Below are positions 9,086-16,437 of a stretch of 24,000 nucleotides of DNA, one piece after another. The translations under genes were made by a program, and so were the position numbers. The stretch spans positions 28,001 to 52,000 of the forward strand of contig NZ_JADIJQ010000010.1 in assembly GCF_017355265.1 (NCBI RefSeq). Reading direction: 5' to 3'. This DNA comes from Tessaracoccus sp. SD287 (lineage in GTDB: Bacteria > Actinomycetota > Actinomycetes > Propionibacteriales > Propionibacteriaceae). The notes beneath the pieces are model-generated. The model saw only the letters and a program-made list of their open reading frames with translations. It was not told the origin of the DNA and searched no databases. Positions within the stretch are counted from its first letter, which is position 1, and every line of letters starts with the position of its first letter.

Positions 9086-9222
9086 TCCATCGCCTTCTGT
9101 GATGAGCCACTTGAACAGGGTAGATGGGCCCATGTGGGTACGCGGATCATGACCAAGAGCGGAGTGCCCACGACTGCTCGCCATGTAGGCTCGATCCAAT
9201 ACGGTATTAGAGGGAGGCATTT

Positions 9223-11754
9223 GTGGTTCGAGCGGAGAACGGGACCCTCGCAGGTGTTCTGGAGGGCAAGAAGCAGTACCAGGTTCCGCTCTACCAACGC
9301 GTGTACTCGTGGGGCAAGAAGCAGCTCGGTCAGCTCTGGTCAGACATTGTCGAGCTCGAGCGCACCCTTGCCGAGGACCCGAAGGCCTCGCACTTCATCG
9401 GCTCCCTCGTTCTGGCAAGCAGCCCTGACTTCGGGGCCATCGGTGTCAACAAGTTCCTTGTCGTCGACGGTCAACAGCGCCTGACCACCCTCACACTCCT
9501 GCTAGCGGCGCTCCGGGATCACTTGATCGAGACCGGGGAAGCCGAACGGGCGAACGGCATCGACGCTCAATATTTGATCAATGTCTTTGACAACGGAAAG
9601 CCGCTCAAGGTCATGCCGACTCAGACAGATCGACCTGCCTACAAGGCGGTGCTCAACCGCACGCCCCAGGCTGGTGGGGAAGACGCTGTTGGAGATGCGT
9701 ATCGGTTCTTCCGGTCGAAGATCGCCGCGAGCGACGATCCGGATGATCCGCATGACCTCGAGCTACTCGAGGCCGCCATCGTACGTGGTCTCGCGCTCGT
9801 TGTCGTCACAGCCGAGCCGTCCGACAACGCGCACCGCATCTTCGAGTCACTCAACAACACTGGTCTTCGTCTGACGCAGAGTGACTTGCTCAAGAACTAC
9901 TTATTCATGCGTCTTGGAGACCGCGCAGAGGCAGTCTATGACACCGTCTGGCTTCCCTTGGAGAAGAAGCTCGACGCTGAAAACCTTGAGTTGCTATTTT
10001 GGCTCGACCTAGCTCAGCGCGATGACCGTGCGAAACAGTCGGATACCTACATCGGACAGCAGCATCGGCTTGAGAGGCTCACGACTATCGATGAGTTGGA
10101 GGCTGAGGTGATTCGTATTGCCAAGCTGGGCGATGTGCTCGCGACGATTCTCAAGCCTGCGACGGAGCAAGACGTAGAGATAAGCCGCCGTCTCACCAGG
10201 ATCAGGGCTTGGGGATCCACGACTGCGTATCCGGTGGTCATGCGGATCCTCGACAGGCGCGCAGCGGGCACTGCTACCGATGATGAAGTTGTGCGTGCTC
10301 TCACGTACCTCGAGTCGTACTTCGTTCGGCGCGTCGTGATCGGACGCGCCACCGCAAATCTCAATCGCACACTCCTCCAGGCAGTTGGATCGATCAGTGA
10401 TGCGGATCATATTGACGTCGCACTGCGCGAATACCTCTCCCGCGGCCGCAAGTACTTCGCGACCGACGAACAGGTTCGCGAGGCCGCTCAGACGGTTGCC
10501 TTCTACTGGCAGGGGCGTGGAACGCAAAAGAAGCTCATACTCCAATGGCTCGAAGAAGCCTACCGAGCGAAGGAGATCGTCCACCTCGACCCCAAGCACC
10601 TGACAATCGAACACGTCCTGCCCCAAACGATGACCGACTCCGTGCGTGAGACGTTCGCGGAGGGTTTCGGCGCCGACGCCGACATCGCCTACGAACATGA
10701 GCGTGTCGTGCACACCCTCGGCAACCTCACCCTTAGCGGTTACAACAGCGAACTCAGCAACAAGCCATTCGTCGAGAAGCGTGAGCTGCTGGCCAAGAGT
10801 GGCGTGTCGATGAACCAGGCGATCGCTGCCCACGCCACGTGGGGAGTCTACGAAATCAACACCCGCAGCACTGAACTGGCAGAAAAAGTCATCGAACTGT
10901 GGCCAGGTCCGGACGAAAGCGTCATCGCTGTTGGCGACGAACCCTCTGCGCTCCGCAGCCAAGTCGCCGCGATCGTCGCCGAGATCCCGGCAGGGCGCTG
11001 GACTTCGTACGGCGAGGTCGCAATCGTGGCCGGCACCTGGGCCCAACCGTTGGCCGCAATTATCGCGAATTTCCCGATGACCAACGCGTGGAGAGTCCTA
11101 CAGATCGGCGGGACGATCTCGGCTGGTTTCCGGTGGAGCGAGCCCGGCCGCACCGATGACCCGCGAGTGGTCCTCGAGGGTGAGGGACTCGTGTTCGATG
11201 CACAAGGTCACGCTAATCCTGAACAGTACATCCGAGCGGAAGAACTTGCGGAAGCCGCTGGTCTTGACCTCGATCCGGAGGCGATAGGTGCGCGCCGCAG
11301 CAAGACCACGCCTAGACTCAGGCCCGCAAGGCGCATGTCTGTGAAGGATGCCCAGCTTGAATTCTTCGAGCGGGTACGGGGCTATGGCAAAGTGCATGCG
11401 ACCAACATCACTACTTGGCGCAAGCCCTTCCCTCAACACTGGTATGACGTGAGCCTCGGAGACTCTCGTGGGCAGATCTCCCTACAGGTAAATTCCCAGA
11501 AGAAGCTTGTCACCGCTCTCTTCTGGATTCACAACGACAAGGACCTTTACGGGAAGTTGCTCGCCCAGCGTGACGTCATAGAAGCAGAGCTTGGCTTCGT
11601 CCTCCAGTGGGATGATAAACCTGACCGCAAGGCGTCCAAGCTCGTCGTCTCTCGTTCCGGCGATTTCCTAGAAGCGGGCCAATCGCAAGAACTTGTCCAC
11701 TGGCTCGTGACTATGGGCGACACATTTGCACGAGTCTTGCCCAAGTATCTGTGA
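9223..11754 (+). CDS. GmrSD/BrxU-like type IV (modification-dependent) restriction endonuclease with extra C-terminal modules: DUF262 + DUF1524 (His-Me finger) + MGMT/ATL-like DNA-binding domain + DUF4268-like domain; 843 aa
   Basis: GTG start at 9223 with AGGGAGG 6 nt upstream. DUF262 signature: YQRVYSW and DGQQRLTT (DGQQR at nt 9466-9480). DUF1524 signature: LTIEHVLPQ (aa ~460), HTLGNLTL (aa ~497), NSELSNKPF. Aa ~577-680 read IPAGRWTSYGEVAIVAG...PLAAIIANFPMTNAWRVLQ..G.ISAGF, resembling the MGMT DNA-binding fold with NAWRV in place of PCHRV. Aa ~707-843 (LEFFERV...LFWIHNDKDLYGKLLAQRDVIEAELGFVLQWDDKPDRKASKL) resemble DUF4268. The whole protein contains no cysteine. Confidence 0.88.
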   Translation: MVRAENGTLAGVLEGKKQYQVPLYQRVYSWGKKQLGQLWSDIVELERTLAEDPKASHFIGSLVLASSPDFGAIGVNKFLVVDGQQRLTTLTLLLAALRDHLIETGEAERANGIDAQYLINVFDNGKPLKVMPTQTDRPAYKAVLNRTPQAGGEDAVGDAYRFFRSKIAASDDPDDPHDLELLEAAIVRGLALVVVTAEPSDNAHRIFESLNNTGLRLTQSDLLKNYLFMRLGDRAEAVYDTVWLPLEKKLDAENLELLFWLDLAQRDDRAKQSDTYIGQQHRLERLTTIDELEAEVIRIAKLGDVLATILKPATEQDVEISRRLTRIRAWGSTTAYPVVMRILDRRAAGTATDDEVVRALTYLESYFVRRVVIGRATANLNRTLLQAVGSISDADHIDVALREYLSRGRKYFATDEQVREAAQTVAFYWQGRGTQKKLILQWLEEAYRAKEIVHLDPKHLTIEHVLPQTMTDSVRETFAEGFGADADIAYEHERVVHTLGNLTLSGYNSELSNKPFVEKRELLAKSGVSMNQAIAAHATWGVYEINTRSTELAEKVIELWPGPDESVIAVGDEPSALRSQVAAIVAEIPAGRWTSYGEVAIVAGTWAQPLAAIIANFPMTNAWRVLQIGGTISAGFRWSEPGRTDDPRVVLEGEGLVFDAQGHANPEQYIRAEELAEAAGLDLDPEAIGARRSKTTPRLRPARRMSVKDAQLEFFERVRGYGKVHATNITTWRKPFPQHWYDVSLGDSRGQISLQVNSQKKLVTALFWIHNDKDLYGKLLAQRDVIEAELGFVLQWDDKPDRKASKLVVSRSGDFLEAGQSQELVHWLVTMGDTFARVLPKYL

Positions 11755-11824
11755 CGACTCGCGCGGACTGTCGCGGTATTCATCGGATTCCGTGTGTCGA
11801 TGACAACTGACACTCCATGTGAAC

Positions 11825-12529
11825 CTACACACCCAGCGCGTTCCAACGCCCGGGCTCCTCGAGCTCCGCCATCCGCACCTCGACTTCGCCCTCCCCCACC
11901 GACGCCACACCGACCAACAGCGACAACGTCGGATAACCATGGACCCGGTTGTCACGGATGATCGCCCGGTCATCCAGCGGACCGACCTCCGTCGACCTGG
12001 CCAACACCGACAGCCAGTCGTCCCACCAGCGCCCGTCCGCATCCACATCAGTCGACGCAGCAGTGAACTCCCCCAGCCAGGCGGCAATCCGAGCGGTCGT
12101 CGGGTCGTCCACGTCGTCGTGGGCGACCATGTGCGTCCCGGGCGCCAACTCCACGACCCGAGGCACGCCACCATCCCACGAGGTGACCCGGGCACCCTCG
12201 GCGGTGACCTGCACCAGGTTGAACCCCAGCGTCGTCAGCGGATCGGGCAGCCGACGTCCCGCCACGGTGTCCAGCACCAGCGACCCGCGTGAGGTGAAGA
12301 CCGGCCCGTTCGTCCCCCCGCCACGGTTCAGCAGCACCGCCAGCGTCGAGTCGTCCGCCGCCATCCACGCCCCGCCGGCGAGTTCGTCCATGACCCCGTG
12401 CACCGCGGGCAGGTCCGGCCACCACGCACCCCAGGGACGCCACCGCCGCTGCGGGTCCTCGTCGCGGACGGCCAACATCCGGACCGGCCCGGTGCCCGGC
12501 TCGGGCACGCGAATCACGACGGTGCACAT
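11825..12529 (-). CDS. NRDE-family protein (TANGO2-like, former DUF833), 234 aa
   Basis: The N-terminus MCTVVIRV places Cys at position 2, as is typical for this family. The size fits, and there is an LLNRGGG-type segment. ATG at 12529-12527. The gene is divergent from coaBC across a 47-bp gap. Confidence 0.8.
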   Translation of the reverse strand: MCTVVIRVPEPGTGPVRMLAVRDEDPQRRWRPWGAWWPDLPAVHGVMDELAGGAWMAADDSTLAVLLNRGGGTNGPVFTSRGSLVLDTVAGRRLPDPLTTLGFNLVQVTAEGARVTSWDGGVPRVVELAPGTHMVAHDDVDDPTTARIAAWLGEFTAASTDVDADGRWWDDWLSVLARSTEVGPLDDRAIIRDNRVHGYPTLSLLVGVASVGEGEVEVRMAELEEPGRWNALGV

Positions 12530-12576
12530 GGACAGGCAGGTTACCGGTCCGAGCCGGCGGTGCGAGAATCTGACCC

Positions 12577-13782
12577 ATGGTCATCGTCGTTGGTGTCACG
12601 GGCGGTATCGCCGCCTACAAGGCCGTCCACCTGGTCCGGCTGTTCATCGGAGACGGCCACGAGGTGCACGTCGTCCCGACCGAGGACGCGCTGCGCTTCG
12701 TGGGGCGGCCCACGTGGGAGGCGATCTCGCGGAACCCGGTCACCACGTCGGTGCACGACGACGTCCCGCAGGTCCGCCACGTTGCGCTGGGCCAGCGGGC
12801 CGACCTGGTGGTGGTGGCCCCGGCCACGGCGAACACCATCGCCGCCATGGCCGCCGGACTGGCCGGCGACCTGCTCGGGACGACGCTGCTGGCCACCACC
12901 GCCCCCATCCTGATCGCGCCGGCCATGCACACCGAGATGTGGAACCACCATGCCACCCGCGCGAACATGGCGACCCTGCGATCCCGCGGCGTCCACGTCA
13001 TCGGCCCCGACGACGGGCCGCTCACTGGTGGCGACTCCGGTCCCGGACGGATGAGCGAGCCAGAGGCCATCCACGAAGCCGCGCTCGCCATCATCAACGC
13101 CCGCCATGACCTGGCCGGACTCACCATTGCCGTGTCCGCGGGCGGCACCCGCGAGCCCATCGACCCCGTCCGTTACCTGGGCAACCGCTCCAGCGGCCGC
13201 CAGGGCGTGGCGCTCGCGGTCGCGGCCGCCGAGCGGGGCGCCAGGGTGCTGCTGGCCGCCGCCACCATCGACGGCGACATCCTGCGCGACGCCCAACGAC
13301 CCGGCATCCACATCGCCACCGTGGGTTCAGCGGCGGACCTGTCGATCGTCATGCGCCAGGCGGCCGAGCAGGCGGACGTCATCATCATGGCCGCCGCCGT
13401 CGCCGACTACCGGGTGGCCGAGATGTCCCAGGACAAGCTGACCAAGGAGGACGGCACGCCGCCCACCCTCACCCTGGTCGAGAACGAGGACATCGTCGCC
13501 GGTCTGGCCGTGCGTCGGCGCCCCGGCCAGACCATCGTCGCCTTCGCCGCCGAGACCGCCACCGGCGACGAACTGCTCGAGCGTGGACGACGCAAGCGAC
13601 GCCGCAAGGGTGTCGATCTGCTGGCCGTGAACGAGGTTGGCTGGGACAAGGGTTTCGAGACCCCCGACAACCGGCTCACCATCCTCGACGCCACCGACGA
13701 GGTCGTGGCGCAGAGCGCCGGGACGAAGCGGCAGGTCGCCGATGCGCTGCTGGACGCCGTCCTGGACGCGCGTCGACACTGA
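12577..13782 (+). CDS. coaBC: Bifunctional phosphopantothenoylcysteine decarboxylase / phosphopantothenate-cysteine ligase (CoaBC/Dfp), 401 aa
   Basis: N-terminal flavoprotein motif VGVTGGIAAYKA, then VAPATANTIAAMAAGLAGDLL and PAMHTEMW. The C-terminal CoaB half has VSAGGTREPIDPVRYLGNRSSGRQG and AAAVADYR. Length is typical. Confidence 0.95.
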   Translation: MVIVVGVTGGIAAYKAVHLVRLFIGDGHEVHVVPTEDALRFVGRPTWEAISRNPVTTSVHDDVPQVRHVALGQRADLVVVAPATANTIAAMAAGLAGDLLGTTLLATTAPILIAPAMHTEMWNHHATRANMATLRSRGVHVIGPDDGPLTGGDSGPGRMSEPEAIHEAALAIINARHDLAGLTIAVSAGGTREPIDPVRYLGNRSSGRQGVALAVAAAERGARVLLAAATIDGDILRDAQRPGIHIATVGSAADLSIVMRQAAEQADVIIMAAAVADYRVAEMSQDKLTKEDGTPPTLTLVENEDIVAGLAVRRRPGQTIVAFAAETATGDELLERGRRKRRRKGVDLLAVNEVGWDKGFETPDNRLTILDATDEVVAQSAGTKRQVADALLDAVLDARRH

Positions 13783-13817
13783 GCACCTCGCGCCGATCGT
13801 CGCCGGGCGCAAGGTCC

Positions 13818-14480
13818 TCAGCCCGCCCCCGCGACCCGCGTGAAGGTGACGTGAATCGTGCCGCTCTCGGCCACCTCGCTCGTGACGGTGTGGGTGAGGT
13901 CCAGGCCGCGCAGGTCGTCCCACAGCCGGATGCCCCCACCCAGCAGGATCGGGGCGATACCCACGTGCAGACGGTCGACCAGACCGGCGCGCAGGAAGTC
14001 CCGGGCGGTGCCGGCGCCGCCGCCGATCCGCACGTCCAGCCCGCCGGCGGCCTCGGCGGCCTCGGCGAGCACGTCTCGCAGCGGCGCGTCGCGGAAATGG
14101 AAGGTCGTCCCGCCCTGCATGGCGATCGACGCCCGCGGAGCCGTGTGGGTCAGGACGTAGACCGGGGCGCCGAACGGCGGCTCATCACCCCACCAGCCCT
14201 TCCAGTCCGGGTCGTCGGGGTAGGAGTGCAGGCCGAACATGCCGGCCCCCATGATCTCGGCGCCGACGCCCTCGAAGTAGGCCGCCGCGTAGGTGTCGTC
14301 GACGCCGGTGGTGCCGGCGCCGCTGGTGTCGCCCAGGACGCGCTGGCGGAAGGTGCGGGTGGCGGCATAGGCCGCGGTCAGGCGCCCCCAGTCCTTGCCC
14401 ATCGGGTTGTCGGGGCTCGGGTCGGGCGCCGAGGCGTAACCGTCAAGGGAGGTGTTCAGGTCAATGCGAACGCGCGTCAT
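13818..14480 (-). CDS. Dihydrofolate reductase-family protein (RibD C-terminal domain type), 220 aa
   Basis: The listed ORF 13818..14534 is trimmed to ATG 14480-14478 (MTRVRIDLNTSLDGY...), which has GAAGGAA upstream on the minus strand. The pattern of an N-terminal beta strand, then LDG, then a C-terminal GGGAGTARDFLRAGLVDRLHVGIAPILLGGGIRLW is characteristic of the RibD_C/DHFR-like family. Confidence 0.82.
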   Translation of the reverse strand: MTRVRIDLNTSLDGYASAPDPSPDNPMGKDWGRLTAAYAATRTFRQRVLGDTSGAGTTGVDDTYAAAYFEGVGAEIMGAGMFGLHSYPDDPDWKGWWGDEPPFGAPVYVLTHTAPRASIAMQGGTTFHFRDAPLRDVLAEAAEAAGGLDVRIGGGAGTARDFLRAGLVDRLHVGIAPILLGGGIRLWDDLRGLDLTHTVTSEVAESGTIHVTFTRVAGAG

Positions 14481-14591
14481 GTCCGGTTCCTTCGGAGGGG
14501 TCGGGCCATGGGTGATCTGCGCTGAGTTCGCCACACTGCGTCCTCATCGGCCCGGGATTCCCCTCAACTGTGGGTCACGGACGCGGCGGCG

Positions 14592-15422
14592 TCAACGGGT
14601 CAGCGCCCACCCGTGGTCGGTCAACTCGACCAGACCCATCTCCTGGAACTTCTCCAGCCAGCCACCCATCGGGTACCAGCCCCACCGGGCATGGAACAGG
14701 TTGGCGTTGGTGACGATGTCGGCCACGTGCTGGACCGGCGGACTGCTGGTGGGGTGCCACTGGTGGAAGACCCCGGCCCGCGCGGTCCACCACATGCCGC
14801 CCCCGGCGGCCGCCACCCGCTGACCGAAGTCAGTGTCCTCGCCCCCGTAGCCGACGTAGGAATCGTCGAAGCCCCCCACCGCATCCCAGTCGCCGAGGGT
14901 CATCGCGAGGTTCAGCGACCACATCATCGTCGGGTCGCCCGGGACGAGCGGCTCAGTGGGGACGATCCGCGCTGGATGGTCCCGGCCCAGGAGTTCCAGA
15001 CGCTCGGGGGTGTAGTCGGCCTCGGTCATTCCTTCGGGCAGGTAGCGCACCCGTCCGGAGATGACCGCCGGCCCGCCATCGGGGACCTGGCTGAGCAACG
15101 ACGTGTAGTCGCCCACCAGGCCCGGTTCGGGGATGCAGTCGACATCCAGCAGGGCCACGGCGGACGCGCCCAGTTGCGCTGCTCGGGCGACCCCGGCGTT
15201 GCGGGCACGTGCCAGCGGCAACTTCTCGCTGGCGTCCAGCCAGACCAGGTCGGTGTGCAGTCCGGGTTCCTCGGCCAGCACCGCGGCGATGGCGGGGTCC
15301 CCCATGCTGACGACCACATGGACCACCGGCGCCCGGGTGCCGGCGAGCAGCCCCAGCCGTTGGCGGCGCAGGTGCTGGTGGCGCCCGTGGGCGACGGTGA
15401 CGACGGCAAGGTCACTGGTCAT
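14592..15422 (-). CDS. Glycosyltransferase family 2 protein, 276 aa
   Basis: The listed ORF 14592..15914 is trimmed to ATG 15422-15420 (MTSDLAVVTVAHGRHQHL...). Everything upstream is Arg/Pro-rich and overlaps the preceding gene out of frame. It has a GT-A fold signature: VVTVAHGR, a DxD-like LLDVDCIP, and the C-terminal GFDDSYVGYGGEDTDFGQR. The start overlaps the upstream gene's stop by 11 nt. Confidence 0.85.
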   Translation of the reverse strand: MTSDLAVVTVAHGRHQHLRRQRLGLLAGTRAPVVHVVVSMGDPAIAAVLAEEPGLHTDLVWLDASEKLPLARARNAGVARAAQLGASAVALLDVDCIPEPGLVGDYTSLLSQVPDGGPAVISGRVRYLPEGMTEADYTPERLELLGRDHPARIVPTEPLVPGDPTMMWSLNLAMTLGDWDAVGGFDDSYVGYGGEDTDFGQRVAAAGGGMWWTARAGVFHQWHPTSSPPVQHVADIVTNANLFHARWGWYPMGGWLEKFQEMGLVELTDHGWALTR

Positions 15423-16437
15423 GGTCGGCCTTCCGGCTGAGTCGGTCCAGGGCGTCGGCGGCACGGGCGGCCCCGTCGCCGGGGTTCCAGCGGCCCCAGC
15501 CGGAGCCTCCGATGCCGACGGCCTGGTCCAACAACCCGGGCCACCGCTCGGGTGTCGGCCACTGCTCCACGGTGACCGCCAGCCCGGCGCGAGCCAGCGC
15601 GTCGGCGGTGTGGTGCTGTTCGTGGAAGGGACGCGATTGGGGCAGCACGATCGCCGGACGCCGTGCCGCGGCCACTTCGGCGACGGTGTTGTTGCCGCCA
15701 TGGCACACGACCACGTCGCAGTCCAGCAACTCAGCCCACAGGTCCGGTGAGGGCTCGGTGGGCGAGCGCCACAGCCACTTCCATCCGGGGGTGGCGCGTC
15801 GCGCGGATGCGAGCGCGTCGTCCGGCAGGTCCCTGCCACCGCCGCCCCAGACGGCCAGGACCCGCCGCGGGCGGGTGCCGCCGGAATCCGCAGGGCCCGC
15901 CGTCGCCGGATCAAGGTGGTCGAACCGGGACAGGGCGCCGACGAAGGCCGTCTTGGACATCCACGCCGTCGGCCACCATGGCTCGGGGAACTCGGACGCC
16001 CAGGGCGCCAGCAGTGCGGTGGCGGCGTCGTAGGCCGCGGCGTGGGGACGGTCGTCGCGCAGCCCGCGCATGGCCACCACGACGGTGGGAACCCCGAACA
16101 GTCGGGCCAGCAGGGCCACCTCGACCGAGACGTCGACCACCATCAGGTCCAGCGAGGCCAGCCGTCGAGCGATCAGGGACATGCGCTCGCCCATGCCCTC
16201 GTGACCGAGCGGCGCCCAGTGCAGCACACCGCCCGCGGTCGCGTCCAGGGGGGCTGCCACGGCGCCGGGCGGCAGCGTGTCCAGGGGCAGGTCCACCCAT
16301 TCCCCCGGCCATTGGTCGGGGCGGGTCAGGCTGCTGAAGCCCACCACCTCGTGGCCGCGCGAGGCCAACTGGGCGCAGATCTGGCGGGCGCGGGCCAGAT
16401 GGCCCAGTCCGTGGTGGTGGACGTAGTAGCCGATCAC
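15412..16437 (-). CDS. Glycosyltransferase, MurG/GT28-like GT-B fold, 341 aa
   Basis: GTG start at 16437-16435 overlaps the upstream stop (GTGA). The N-terminus IGYYVHHHGLGHLARA and the C-terminal VVCHGGNNTVAEVAAARRPAIVLPQSRPFHEQ resemble the nucleotide-sugar-binding C-terminal domain of the GT28/UDP-glycosyltransferase family. Confidence 0.7.
   Translation of the reverse strand: MIGYYVHHHGLGHLARARQICAQLASRGHEVVGFSSLTRPDQWPGEWVDLPLDTLPPGAVAAPLDATAGGVLHWAPLGHEGMGERMSLIARRLASLDLMVVDVSVEVALLARLFGVPTVVVAMRGLRDDRPHAAAYDAATALLAPWASEFPEPWWPTAWMSKTAFVGALSRFDHLDPATAGPADSGGTRPRRVLAVWGGGGRDLPDDALASARRATPGWKWLWRSPTEPSPDLWAELLDCDVVVCHGGNNTVAEVAAARRPAIVLPQSRPFHEQHHTADALARAGLAVTVEQWPTPERWPGLLDQAVGIGGSGWGRWNPGDGAARAADALDRLSRKADHDQ

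Noticed and set aside
10009-11046. 345-aa minus-strand ORF antisense to the GmrSD-like gene
   Set aside because: It has no motifs, and the sense strand carries clear DUF262/DUF1524 signatures over the same coordinates.
11949-13311. ORFs 11949..13109 (+, 386 aa), 12048..12599 (-), 12541..13311 (-) and 12615..13160 (-) overlapping the NRDE gene and coaBC
   Set aside because: They are extremely Arg/Pro/Gly-rich off-frame translations. The NRDE and CoaBC frames explain the region completely.
15423-15914. N-terminal 164 codons of the listed 440-aa ORF 14592..15914
   Set aside because: This part is out of frame with and fully overlaps the GT28-like gene, and it is Pro/Arg/Trp-rich. The GT2 domain begins at the internal ATG 15422.
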